A DNA stretch of 64,000 bases, from assembly GCA_004431415.1 (NCBI GenBank), contig QPMI01000117.1, positions 320,516-384,515 of the forward strand, read 5' to 3'. Source of the DNA: Cyanophora paradoxa CCMP329 (lineage: Eukaryota; Plantae; Glaucophyta). The notes under the pieces are model-generated. The model worked only from the letters and a program-made list of their open reading frames with translations. It was not told the DNA's origin and did no database searches. The position numbers and the translations under genes are program-made. Below, piece after piece: positions 10,715 to 23,948 of this stretch. Numbering within the stretch: the stretch's first letter is position 1; every line of letters starts with the position of its first letter.

Positions 10715-13400
10715 ATGACCGTCTCCGGCCGCGGCGGCAGCGCCGGCCTTGATCTGCAGCTGGATCCCAGCGGGGGAGCCGCCCATACGTCCATAACCGC
10801 GAACGCGCGAGCCGCTACCGCCAGCGCTACAGCTAGCAGCTTGAGCTTCAACATCGCTGCACCAGCTTATGCGAATGGAGGAGGTGCCGGCCGCGGGCCC
10901 GTCCGCGTCGCGTCTTCGAAGGATCCGTGCGCGTACGCGTACGGCGCGGCCGCCGGCGCGGGGGCGGGCGCGCACGGCGCGGGCGTCAGGTGCGAGTCAA
11001 GTGATTTAGATGCGGATGGCGGCTTCGCGCGCCCCTCTGGTGGGCGCTGTCACGCGCGGGGCGATGAAGACCTGCCGCCTGTGCGCATTCTCGCCATCGG
11101 TTCGTAAGCGCCTGGCGCCAGCACGCTGCGCGCGCCGCGCGCCGCCTCTAGATCTTGACTTGAGTCAACATTGCAGACGGCGGAGGAAGTGCGTGTCCCA
11201 TCCACAGATTATTCACGCCTTGTATTTGCAGAGCCCGCGCTTGCGGCCGGGCATTCTTCTGACAAGCGTCTTTAAATTTAATTTGCGCAGCCAGGGGCAT
11301 CATCCCCGCCAAACTCATAGAGTGCGCTTTCGCAGCTTGCCTAAATCAAAGCGCTGCTAATATAACGTCGACGTCCCTTTTCCAGGTACATCTCACGAAA
11401 GACTGGCCGAGTGCGCATACCTGCGCCCATTGATTTAATTAAAAATTATAATTATTCATCAATTGCACTTATATATAGTGCATGCTAATCGCTCCGGTCC
11501 GCAGCCCATACACGAGCTCTTCGACTACGTCGCGGGTATGCGCATGCCTCTTCTTGTATCGACCTGCGCCTTCTTATATCGACCTTAAGCTTCCATCGAC
11601 TTTCTCTGCACCTGCAGCTGACGCCCCGGCGCCGGCAGGTTCGAGCATCGGCGGCATCCTCGCGTGCGGCACCTTCGGAGTGAGGGACGGGCGGCCCCTC
11701 ATGGACTCGTCCAACCTCGCGAGCGCCCCCGCATCTCCGCCCCCTCAAAAGCTCACGCCCCCTCAGGTCCAGGAGCTGACGGACGCCATGCAGAGGATCT
11801 TCTCCAAGTCCCCCTTCAGCAGGGCCAAGGCAGCCGTGGTTGGGAGCCGCGGGCCTTTCTTGAGCCCCGTGCGTGTGGCTCTAGAGAGCAGATCCATGGC
11901 CAGAGGGCAGCAGCTCACTCGAGGCTTTTGAACCGCTCAGGAACCTTTCGAGAAGCTGCTGGCCGAGCTCGGCAGCGGCGCGCGCCTCACCGATGTGGCG
12001 GCCTTTGTCCTCGTGCGCATTTCTGCCTTCAATTAAAACATATAAAAACATATATAGTAAACATAAAGCGTTCGAGTAAACATATATGCGCAGGTCACCG
12101 CCTTCGACATTGAGGAGCGATCCCCTCTCGTCTTCTCGACGGTGCCTCTGCTTTTTCAGAATTCGTACCGCCGCCGCGCTCTTGCTGAATTCGAAGCCCT
12201 GCAGGCCCAAGCGCTCCGCAGCCCCGCGCACAACGTACGACTATGCGACATCGCGTTGGTCTGCAATTTTTATTTATAGCAGATCTCGCGCACGTCCTCG
12301 GCCCCTCTCAATATTAATGCCCCTCGCGCGATTGCACCAGGCCACGTCCGCCGCCCCACTGCTCTTCCCGCCCGCCCGCCTCCACATCCCCGGAATCTAC
12401 ACCCACAAGGATTACGGCACCTTCATCGACGGATGGCTCGTCTCCCTTCCGTTCACAGTTGACATCGCTGCCTGCGCATGTCTCACTAAGAAAGGGTTTG
12501 CAGGCTGGTTCAGAACAACCCCTCCCTGCTGGCGTACGCAGAAGCGGCGCGGGTTTTCCCAGGTCAGCATGCGCAGATCTAGAGTCGACGCAGATGCATA
12601 TGCTTACGTGTACAAGCTCTAGTTCTAGATCACGTTACGCCGCGGGCTGACCTGCCTCTCGGCAGGGCGGAAAGTTCTCCTGCTCAACCTCGGCACAGGC
12701 GACGCCGACGAGCCCCTCTCTTGGGCCGAGACTCGCCAGTGGGGCGCCCTCCGGTGAAGCGCCCGCACCTTTTTTCTGTCGCGAAACGCGCTCACATTTC
12801 CCGCGCGTGTGCAGCTGGATCGAGCCGCTGTTTCAGTGCATGCTTGGCGGTGCGCCGCGCATTTGCGCATTTCTCAGCTTTCTCAGCCGCACTCGCAAGC
12901 TAAGCCGACGCCGCCACGATCACGACCAGGCGCGAACGAGAGCGCGGCGCTCGCGGCGCGGCAGCTGCTGGGCGACGACTTCCTCCGCCTCTCCCCGCGC
13001 GTCCCCCCGGAAATCGACAGGCGCGCCGGCTGCGGCCGCTAGATTTGGATTAGCGCACTTCTTCTCTCTTACCTGTTCCTTGCAACGCATGATATGCAGG
13101 ATGGCGGACGCGTCGCCAGCGAACCTGACATCGCTCGCGCGCGCCGTTGAAACCCAGGTCATGATCATTCTCGGCCTACCCTCTCGTGCTCCCGTCCCTC
13201 CTGACCATGAGCCGCTCCGGCGTCTCCGTCCGCAGCTGCTGACGGGCGACTCGCTGGCGCGACTCGACGCCTTCGTCGACCGCCTCGTGGCGGCGTCGGA
13301 CCACCCGGGGGCCCGCCGCGGCCGGCCCCACGCCGGGCTCCTCCCGCGCGACTTCGCCGTGCAGCCGCGCCGGCCGGCGATGGCGGCGCAGCCCGTGGCG
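10715..13400 (+). CDS. patatin-like phospholipase domain, N-terminal part of an apparent fusion gene 10715-21335
   Basis: Spliced motifs VRILAI|DGGG|TRGIIP, FDYVAG|SSIGGILA (GxSxG), ATSAAPLLFPP, FIDG(W)LVQNNP, VLLLNLGTG, QWGALR|WIEPL. Confidence 0.88.
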
Positions 13401-16400
13401 ACCTTGTCGGACGCTGGCGTGTATGGCACCTCGGTCCTGTCCTTCGGTCCGCTCGGCCGAGTCTTAGCTTACGCTTTCTTAATTCTGACGAGAGCGTTTT
13501 CAGAGGACATCTGCTTCTGGGCGAGGCTTCCCAAGTCGGCCGAGGCCGGCTCCAAGCGGCCGCGCGCGGGCACGCAACGGGCCTCTTCCATCGTTTCCAT
13601 GGCCCAGAGAACGGGATCCGGAATCCTTCGGTACGCTCCTCGAGTCTTCTGAAGTGTATCTTACGTTTACTATCAAATTCTTGTGTTGAGTGGCGAGGGG
13701 CGCCGGCAGTACGGCGAGTGAAGCGCTCGGCATCCAGCAGTCCGGCCGTGTGCCGATTCTCCGTGGCGTTTCAGGCTCACTCCGGGTGCGTCGACACGTA
13801 GAAACTCTATGGCCAGCGCCTGCACCTTTAAATCCGATGCTACCCTCCGTTCTCGCCCTTCGCCCCTCCCCCCCACGCCCGCCTCGTCTCCCCCTCTCAT
13901 TTCCTACAGCCTCGTACGATGACGCTCATCCTCGGGCCTGCCCTTTCGGGAAAGGTTGGATTTTTCACTTCCATCCATTAATCCTTGTACTAATTTGTCT
14001 CTCGCAGTCCGCTCTGCTAAGAATTCTCGCCAAGCAACACGGCGAGCTCCGCCGGGCTGGCTTTTTGGACGGCAAGGTTTGGTCTCTTCATATAAACTTC
14101 TTGTTTCGTGCTTGAAGTCTATCTTCGGCTTTTAATAAGCTAAAACCATCAGGTGTATCTGGACGGGAAACCGGCAGCGTCTCGTCCGGACTTCAACCGT
14201 CGGGTCATCTTTGTTTCTCAGCTGGACTCGGTGCACTACCCGCAATTGACGGGTACGCTTCACGCTTCGTTCGCCTTTCTCGTACGAGGCGCTAGCGCTC
14301 ACTCTCCCGCTCAGTGGAAGAAACGCTCCGCTTTGCCGCGCGGATGAAGAGGCCGCACGGCAGCGAGCGCGACAGCGGCGACATCAGGAGTGCCGACGTT
14401 CGCGCGATGAATGCGGGGATGGCCATGCACTTAAGCCGGGTGAATCGCATCCTCATATGTATTTTAGTATACATCTGCTGTCGGCAAACCGCCTCATTTT
14501 TACTGATCGCGATGTTTCGGGCACAGGTAAAGGACTCGATTGTGGGCGACCAGGCCGTTCGAGGAATTTCGGGAGGGGAGAAGCGCCGACTGAGCGTCGC
14601 GGTGCAGCTGGCCGCGGTACGTCAGTAAGAGTTTCCTCTAGTAAAAGAGATCAGATTATAATGTCCAATTCCTAGTAAAAGTTTCAATAGTCGGACCAGA
14701 GAGAAGTCCTCTTGACCAGGCGCCGGCCTCGCAGGGCGCCTATTCCGTCATCCTGATGGACCAGCCCACGGATGGCGCGTCTCGCTTCGCTTCCGCTCAG
14801 AGAGAGTTCGATTCTTCCTTTTAATTCCTGGCTCATATATTGTGTGCAGGGCTGGACGCCTCCGCCTCGCTGGAGCTGTGCCGCGCGCTCCGGGAGCTCT
14901 CGTTGACGGGCGCCTCCGTCCTCTGCAGCCTCCTGCAGCCGTCCTGGTGCGCTCGAAATCGGGACCCTTGTTCTTCATTCGAATTCCGGCCATTCCTGAG
15001 TGTCGTCGACGCTGTCCTCGACCAGGGAGCTCTACGAGATGTTCGACCGGCTCATCCTCCTCTCCAACGGCGACTGTCTTTACAACGTGCGCTTTGCTCT
15101 GAACCTCGACAGGACTTTGAACAAGCATCCGTTCCAACATGAACATCTGCTTCACAGGGTCCCGGGCGACTGGCCCCAGTCGAGCACTTCGAGGCGCACG
15201 GGTTCACGAACGCCGAGGGGCTTAGCCCCCCCGATTTCCTGGTGTCTGTGGCCGCGAAAGTCGCGGCAGGCGGCGCGGCCGCCCACGACCGCCTGCCGCT
15301 TCCGGCGTCTCTGCCGTCGGCTCCCAAAGCAGACCCTCCCGATCAAGCCGACATTTCCGACATTTCCGAGGTTCCGCGTGCGAGGGCGGAGGCCTTCTCA
15401 GCTCGGCGCTCACTTTTTCACAGAGCCGCATCGAGCTCAAGCGGCGGTATCCGAGGCCGTGGCACGCACAGGCAAGCTTAATTATATAAGCGAAGCGACC
15501 TTGAGCCATTGAGTCAACCGCGGCTGAGCTTGCGGGTCTGTTCGCGCAGATCAGAATCCTGTACGCGAGGTCAAACCAGCTGCTTTTCCGCAATCCGAAG
15601 CCCGCCGTCACGCGATTCGTCGAAACCGCCGTGATTTCGTTCGTCCTTGCCACGCTTTTCTGTAACGTGCGCAGTTCTTGCCGATTTGCGTGTGGGCGAT
15701 TGCCGCGCCTGACGCTCCCCTCCGCCTTGCAGACGCCGGCGACGATGCAGGGGGCCACGAATCGCATCGCCTTTTTCCAAGTCGGCCATGCTCTGCTTTT
15801 CAACGTGTGCTTCAGTTAGCGCTTCCCTGATCGTTGGCGTCGCTTCAGGCCTCCCTCCTGGTGTGGGCGTTCACCGCTTTGAATAAAATCGAGCCCAACT
15901 ACGAGCACCGAAGGTGCGAGCGCGAGCTCGAGCCTGCTCTGATCTTCCCTCGGATTTGACTGATGGAGGATGGGAAGGGTGATGCACAAGCAGGCGGAGG
16001 AGCGCATGTACCGACCCGACTTGGTGCGCCGCGATCGCGAGCGTGCGCAGCGCTCTGCGGCCCGAGCTAACCGACGTCGCAGTGGGTGATAGCTCACACG
16101 CTCTCGGAGATCCCGCGCCTTTTTTGCGAGGTGCCGTTTAATTTGCAGATCCCGTAGCTAGCTATAGGTTTTTAAAACCGTGTGCGCGACGCGGCCGCCA
16201 GGTTCTCCTCTTCTCTCTCATCGTCTACTTCGCCGTGGGCCTTCAGCCCGCCGGCTTCCGCTTCGGTCGATTCCTCCTCGTGATTTTTCAGGTCCGAGAC
16301 GACTGCCAGTGTGTGCTTGCTTGCAACGCCATCGCTTATGATCACACGCGACTCCAGATGACGTTGATTGCCGACGCATCGATTCTGTGCGTTGCTTATA

Positions 16401-19400
16401 ATTAGCCGTTGGACAGCCGTTGATACGTGCATATCTGACATTGGAGAATTTTGCAGATTTCTCTCGCTCTCATTGCCGCGCAAAGAGATGTGCTCCTCGC
16501 TGGCTCCAGTGGTTCCAGCTATCTTTTTTATTTTTGGTGGCTTTCTCGTGCCCAAGACCGCGCTGCCGTCTTGGTCAGTCCTCATTTGCTGGCGGCGCTG
16601 CTGCCTAAACGTAAGCTGCTGCTGATAGTCTCGTTCAGGTGGGTCTGGGCGCGCTATCTGAGTTTCTATTCGTATCCGCTCGAGGCCCTGGCAATAAATG
16701 GTGAGCGTCAAGGCGATGCATGTGCAAACTTTTCGATCTGACACGAGCCCCGCCTGCACTTTTTCTCCCGCGGCCACCGCGGCCGACAGAGCTTCTAGAT
16801 ATTCCCCTAAGCGATGTTCCGGGCGGGGGCACGGCGGTGCTGGAAGCGTTCGGGTTCCAGGCTTCTGCGGAGTGGTACGGGTACGCACACCTACCGCATC
16901 GTCTCGGCTTTGAATTCGAATCCGCGTCGGATTCGTTCGACGCCGCGCCGCAGGTACAACGTGCTCGTCTCCTTCGCCTACTGGATTCTCTGGCTCGTCG
17001 CCTCGATCTTGGCGGCCCTCCACGTCCGGTCGAGGCGGCCGTTCTCCTCCGTTCCCGTGTCGACTTCGGAGCCGGCTGCAGCTAACACTGCAGCCAGCCC
17101 CGGAGGCTCCAAGCGGTCGCTACCGGTATCCTCTAGATCTGCATCTGCGCTGGCGCCCACCATTCCCACTCGAACGGCTACTCGAAACAGCGAAGCGTCT
17201 GCTACCGCAGTGGATCCCTCCGTTCACGTTCACGTGTCCGTGGATGTGGACGTTCTCGGGCCGGCCCCCGTCTCGTCGGCCCTCACTTTCGTCGATGTAT
17301 CGTACTTTGTGCCTGGCGAGCACGAAGGTATATATATTCCGCCGCGTTCCGCTTGAACCGAGACGGCTCGAGCTTGAACGTTTAATTTCACTTCCAGGAG
17401 AAACGAAGCGGCTCCTGGACAACGTGACGGGGGTCGTGGAGAGCGGGACGCTGACGGCGCTCATGGGCGAGTCCGGTTCGGGAAAGACGTGCGTATACAT
17501 GAACCCCTTTGATTTGAATTTGAATTTCGCTGTTTTCAAAACTCTGCTTTGACGGTTGCGGCCGTGGCCATGCCAGCACCCTGCTGGATGTTCTTGCGAA
17601 TCGGAAGACCACAGGAAAGGTGCGGTTTGATCTTTCTCTCGCTCGAAATTTGCTTTGATGCTGAAAGAAACCGACGACCAGGTTACGGGCGAGATCAAGC
17701 TGAACGGGCGGCCCCGCGACGACAGCTTTAAGCGCGTCAGCGGCTACGTCGAGCAGGTGCGCGTCTCACTTCCGAGGCTTCGCATCACCCGCCGAATCTA
17801 ACGCGTGCGCTATCCCTTAGTTTGATCTGCTCTTCCCGACAATGGTATGCTCTTTGCGTAATTAGATGTAATTATAATGGATATTGGATGTAATCAGATA
17901 AGGGCTTAGGCCTCCGCGCTCGCTGACGGGCGCCGCCCAGACGGTGCGCGAGGCGGTCGTGCTGTCGGCCCTCCTGCGCCTGGACGCTCGAACGCCCCGG
18001 GGGGACAAGATCGCCGCGGTCCGTACGCGTTGCCCTGCCGCGCCGCAGCAGCGCGGCTCCGCTGCGCGAGCCCATTTCATTTAATTTCGGCGAGGCTGAT
18101 CACGAGAGTCGCAGGCGGAGGGCGCACTAAGAGACCTCGACCTCGAGCCGAGCGGCCGCCTGGTCATCGGGACCCTGCAGGTGCATCCGCTCAGCTCTAG
18201 ATCTAGATCTAGGTCTCTGGTGGCCGCGGCCTCTGATGTTTGGTCCCAGGGCGGAGGCATTCCGGTCGAGGTCGGGCCGGGACTGCGCGTCCATCATAGA
18301 CGGAGTTCGCCGGCTAAGTACACTGATCATGAGCGCGCGCGCAGATGCGAAAGCGGGTCTGCATCGCCATGGAGCTCGTCCCTCGACCGGCCATCCTCTT
18401 CCTGGATGAGGTTCGACTCGCTTTTTAGAACAGAAATACAAACGCGTTCAGCTGTAGTACTAGTACTGACTGGGGCGACTTCTCTACATTAAACAGCCGA
18501 CCACCGGGCTGGACTCGACTGCCGCGCTCCGCATCGGACAGGTGGCCTGGAATCGGCGCTGAATTTGATCGCAGAGCACTAGCCCGCCCGCGTGAAGCCT
18601 GCAGCTGACTGCCCGTTGCTCGCAGCTTCTGCGGCGCATCGCCGGCGCCGGACAGGCCACTGTCGCCACGATGCAGTGCGCTTTTATAGTTACCTTGTCT
18701 GCCCATGTCTGATCCCGATCTGCTGGACGCGCCCCGACCTGCTGTCTTGCTTCGCAGCCAGCCGTCCGGCCAGCTGTTCGGTCTCTTCGACCGGCTGATC
18801 CTACTCAGAAGCGGAGGCGTCCCCATCTACTCCGGTGCGTGCGCGAAGAAAGGATATATAGAAGCCTGGCGAATATATATGTAATATTAGTAGAAGCTCC
18901 CGGCTATTCGCGGCCGAATGTTGAAATCGCGACGTCGACTCGCCGCATGCAGGGGAGCTTGGACAGCGTGGCAGCGGATTCTTCGCGCACCTCGCGACCC
19001 TCGGTGCCGCCGGCGCTGCCGCCGTCCGGCCATGCATGGTCCGAAGCTTGTTGTAATTCCCGTGGCGCAGGATTCGAGCTCCCGCCCTTCAAGAACGCGG
19101 CGGACTGGGCCATCGAGATCGCGGGGGGGCGGGCCTTCGAGGCGGGCGCTGGCGCCGGCGCCGGTGCCGGCGCCGCCGCGGAGTGCGACGCGGACGTCGA
19201 CGCCGTCGCTGCTTCTTTCCGCGAGGGTCCCCCAGGGCGCCGGCTCCGCGACCGCGTCGCGGCTCTGGACGCGCAGCGTGCGCCAGCCAGCGCTCCTTCC
19301 TTATAATCAAAAGCTTCGCCTTTTTGAAAAGACTGCGTTTCGCAGTGGTCTCCGCGGGGCCCGCCCCCGCGCCGGAACGGCCGCCGTTCGCCCGCCAGGC

Positions 19401-21335
19401 GCGCGCGGCCCGCGGCTTCTCGCCCTCGCTCTCCTGTTCGAGCCCTGGGCGTCCGGCCCGCTCAGGTCGCGATTCTCGCGGGGCGCAAGCTTCGCTGGCT
19501 CTGGCGCGAGCGCGAGACCCTCGCCGTCCGCGTCCTCAGGCCCGCGCGCTGTCCCCCATCCATCGACTCTGCCCGCTCCCACATTGCTGCTCTTGTTGAA
19601 TACTGCCCCTCCGCAGCAACGTCCTTGTGGCCGTCATCGCCGGTACCGCGTGGTTCGCTTTCGAGGCCTTTAGATCTGGCCTTCGGATTCCGTGCCTCCG
19701 TGAGCGGCCGGTCACCAGGTACCAGCTGGGGGGGGACCAGCCCGGCGCCCGCCTCCGCCTCTCCGCCCTCTACGCCCTCACGCTCTACTTCTACTTCCGG
19801 TGTCTACTTTGCTTACTTACTTCCGGTTACTTCTGATTATGACCCGCGAAATTTCAGAGCCATGGCCGAGATCACGATGCACTGCGCCCTCCGTGAGGTC
19901 TACTACCGCGAGAAGAGCCAGGGTGAGCGAGCGAGGGGCGCGGGCCGCCCGGCTCGAGTTCGCGGGCTCTGCAGGCAGCTGACGCCGCGTGCCAGGGATC
20001 GTCTCCCCTCTCGTTCAGCAGGTCGCCGCCCTAGATCTACGATCCGGCCTTCGATATCGAAACGTATTAATCGGCCGTCGCGCAGGTGTCCGACTTCGCG
20101 ATCAACGCCTCGTTCGCCCTCGCCAACACGGTCCTCTTCTGCGTCATCATGTACCCCCTCGTCGGCTTCCAGCTCTCAGGGTGCGGAGTATTAAACAATC
20201 GCCCTCTAGCTCTCTACCGATAAAAATGATCTGCTGCGTTCACACCTCGCGATCGCCTAAACCTTCTTCGAATTCTGATCTGCTGCGTTCCACTCCGCCT
20301 GATCATGAATGAATTCAGGAACCTGGCGTACGCCCTTCTGGTCTGCTGCGCGTGGACGCTCGCCTGCTCCTCCTTCACGGAGCTCCTCGCCCTCGCCCTC
20401 CCCGTGCGCTTCGCCACTCACCCTCGCCGTCTCGAGCCCGCCCTCACCGCCCCCCACGGCAGATCGCCCCCATGGCGATGTCGGTGGCGAGCGGCGCCCT
20501 CGCCCTCGGCGCCTTCTTCACAGGCTTCATGGTGCGTGAACGCGCGCCCCAAAGAACAATCTGAGAATAATCGAAGCCCCGTCGCCGTCGTTGCTCGGCG
20601 CCTTCGCCGTCTCCGTTCGCCTGAGCGGGCGCGGCGCGCGGCGCCTGCGCAGATGCCGGGGCCCGACATGCCCAGGGCCTACGTCTGGCTCTACTACCTC
20701 CTCTGGTTCCGGTGCGCTACGAATCGCATGTTGATTTTTTCGAATCGCATTAGAGATTTAATTTAGATCTGAGACTAAACCTGGTCTCGCTCTCGAAATC
20801 ACGAGTTCGGATCCGGAGCCGGTCTGATCGACGCCCGGCCGCACCGCCAGGTACCCCTTCGAGGGCCTCGCGGCGAGCGAGCTGAGCGGGCTCGTCTTCT
20901 CCGACTGCCCCCCCGCGTGCGCCGGCGTCGCCGAATTGACATCGTGTTCTAGATCTCAAGCCTACAGCTGATAATAATCAAGAGGGTCGTTCTAGATCTG
21001 AAGCCTAATTATATATTACCAAATTCGTTCGAGCTGATCATGAAGGCCCGCGCTCTCCGTGTTTCTCTGATGCTGCCGCAGCCTGGCCGCCGCCGGGGCC
21101 TGCTTCCCCGACGGCGCCGCCCTCCTCGCACGCTACGACCTCCGCCCCGACCGCCAGGTTCGACCCCCGACGGATCGAATTATGTGGGCGCCAAAATGAA
21201 CGTCGAGCATGCCTCACGCTCGGCCCCTTTTCATTTGTTCAGTGGGCGAACGTCGGGATCCTGGCGGGGTACTGGCTTGCCTTCGAGGCGCTCAAGGGCC
21301 TCGCCCTGCACCGCATCAACCACCTCCGCCGCTGA
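13401..21335 (+). CDS. full-size ABCG/PDR-type transporter (NBD-TMD-NBD-TMD), C-terminal part of the apparent fusion gene
   Basis: NBD1: TLILGPALSGK|S, VRGISGGEKRRLSVA, ILMDQPTDG|LDA. NBD2: LTALMGESGSGKT|TLLDVLANRKT, SGYVEQ, LFLDE|PTTGLDS. Hydrophobic TMD exons. Ends ALHRINHLRR* with TGA at 21333-21335. Confidence 0.92.
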
Positions 21336-21610
21336 CTTTGCTAGTACCAACCGATTATGTATCCCAAATCATTGAATCTTGCAAACCTTAATGATTACTC
21401 TTTCTCGACTTCGCACGCCTTTTTCTATGGCCAGCCTCGGCCGCCACTCCTCGCCCCTCTTTCCCACGCCCCCTCCCCCCCTCCCCCTCTCCTCCCCGCC
21501 CCCTCTCCCCTGCCCCCGCCCCCTTCCCCTCCCCTCCCCCCGCCCCCCCGCCCCCTTCGCCCCTCCCCTTGCTCCCCCTTCGGTCGAAAATTCAAGCGAA
21601 AATTTGGAGA

Positions 21611-22450
21611 CATGGAGCGCGGGCGCGATGTCTTCTGCTGCGGCGCACTGGCGCCCTACAAGCCGCAGCGGATCGATCACGAAGCGAAGTTCGACTCGTT
21701 CATGCGCTGGCAGGTCTGAATTCGAATATGCCGCAGTGCCGCCCAGCGGTTGATCGGCATGCGCATATATATGCCGCGCACGCCGCGCACATTCAGGGGC
21801 AGAAAAGCACCAGGCGCTCGTCGCTGGCGGGGGCGGATTTCGTAATCCAAGCCGTGAAGCAGGTGCGCATGCCCTGCGCGGCGCATGCAGTGGGGCCGCG
21901 CTTGCTCCGCGGCTTGCAATTGGCCTGCTGCCAGGCGGCCGCTGCAGCTGTATATGCAATAATGAGCGCGGCGCATCGCAGAAGAATTTCGGGCGGCTCC
22001 TTTTCAAGCGCTACTTCCTCCATGAAGGTACGCCCCGTACGCGTTCGCAGCTGCATGCGCCCTCGTTTCGCTCTCTCTAGATCCGCCCCTCGACGTCGAC
22101 CGTCGGACTGCAGGCGACGCGTTCCGGGAGGTAACGGAGCGCGACCTCATCCAGTGCAACTACGCAAAGGTCCGCGGCACTGGCACCTTCCAGGCCTCTG
22201 AGGCTGCGCATGCTCGAGCTCACATTTCTTCTTTCAACAGGTCAACACTTTCAAGAACTTCAAGTGCGCTCCATGCGACTTTTTCTACGAGCTGAATCTG
22301 TACGAGCGCGACCCCGTGAACAAGTGCATGCACCTAATTCTCATTCAAATAAAAAATCACACGCAGCTTAAAACTGATTTCTAACGCAGACACCACTTGC
22401 GCGCTGACGTTGCGCGTCCCGCAAGCGATATCGATCTGCCGTTCTCTTGA
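21611..22450 (+). CDS. small spliced hypothetical protein
   Basis: Phase-consistent exons: MERGRDVFCC...FMRWQ|GQKST...VKQ|...FGRLLFKRYFLHE|GDAFREV...NYAK|VNTFKNFKC...ERDPVN|KHHLRADVARPASDIDLPFS*. Confidence 0.65.
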
Positions 22451-23948
22451 ATCCTCCTCCAAACGTTATTTAACGTTGAGCCGTCCTAGCTTTAGCCGGA
22501 CTCCCGCAAACCGCCGACTATACTACAAGCAAACACACGCGCTGCTGGCTTGCCTCGCTCGTGCCTCGGGTCGACGTCGTGGACTGCATGGACTGGGAAG
22601 AGGGAGGACTCCGGGAGGGAGTGGGGGCAGCAGGCTGGGGGCCCGGGGAGGGTGTAGGGGAGGGTGGGGGGCGGGGGTGCGGGGTGGGCTTGGGGGTTGG
22701 GGACGTCGACGGGTAGAAGGGACGGGGTCGGAGGGGGGAGGGAGGGGGGGGGAGGTGTGTGAAGGGGGGGGGGGGGGCGGGGGGAGGAGCCCGACTGCGC
22801 CCACCCCCTCACGGGCTTCGTCACCCTAGGCCTGCCAGGCCACGCAGATCGCGGCCGCCGCGCCCCCCGCCTGATGCGGCCTGGTGATCGGCGCAGCCTG
22901 GTCCGTCCACGCGCGCTACACGCCCCCGCTGCCGGGCAGCGGGGGGGCGGCCCACATCTGGGCGCTCTTTGCTCGCTCAACCTGGTCACGTGTGCTCGTC
23001 GACCTTGCCCGCACGACATACGCCGCGCGCGGGCTCCTCTACAACAATCGACCCTCGTCGTTTGTGACCCCGCCGAGCTCTTTTTTTAGGGCCGCAGCGT
23101 GGGAAGCCCCGCTCGACGGCGCCGCGGCCGTTCCGCTGCCGCGAGCCCGCCCGTGCCAGCCGCGCGCTGAGCCTCTAGATCTGGACCGAGGCACGCTTTG
23201 TGGCATCCTTCACACTCGAACGCAACGGCAACCGTTGAACAGCGGCGCGCGGCCCGCTCCTATCCCACGACCCCGACTTCGAAGACGCCAGCGACGTCGA
23301 CGCCTCCGCCGCCGACGGGGACGCCTGAACAGCGAGCCGACGCCTACAGGGCCCTCACGAGCCCCCTCTCCTGCTTCCCCCCCTTCCCCTGTGCATCTTG
23401 CCCCCTTCCGTTCAACCTAAAAGCGCCAACGACGTCGACCGCCTTGTAAATACCCCCTGCTTTTATCCACGTCGATCCCTCGAAATCGGACTTTCTCCCC
23501 GCACCTCCGACATCTTCCCCGGCCCGCACCTTGTATCACAACAACTAGTACTACCTCCGCATGCGCATGCCCACCCCTGTCGCCCCCCAGCGGGCTTATT
23601 ATAATTATACACTGGGCAGGCGTGACTCGAATACATGATATATATGCCCCCCGGTGGCTGTCCCCCCAAAACGGTACACGTCTAGGAAAGCAGATAAGCT
23701 TTCTCCAAGAAAAACTTGGGCAGTTATATTAAAAAAATTGCAATTGGAGACCGTCGGACAGCTCTTGCGGACTCGGGACTCCGGGCCCGGCGGGGAGGCC
23801 TCGAGCGCGAGCGGCTTGCCTTTTGAAACTCTGCGACGAGCGCCCAGCTGCAGTCAGAGTCGGCGATGGCTCGGATCCGGAAAATTTCGCGTGACACGCG
23901 CACCGCATACATATGGCTCTGCCCGAGAATCGGAGCTTGGAGAGAGCT

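Noticed and set aside
21465-23530. C- and G-tracts as a long inverted repeat or telomeric sequence
   Set aside because: No regular unit and only short GTCGAC-centred matches; low complexity and possibly error-prone consensus.
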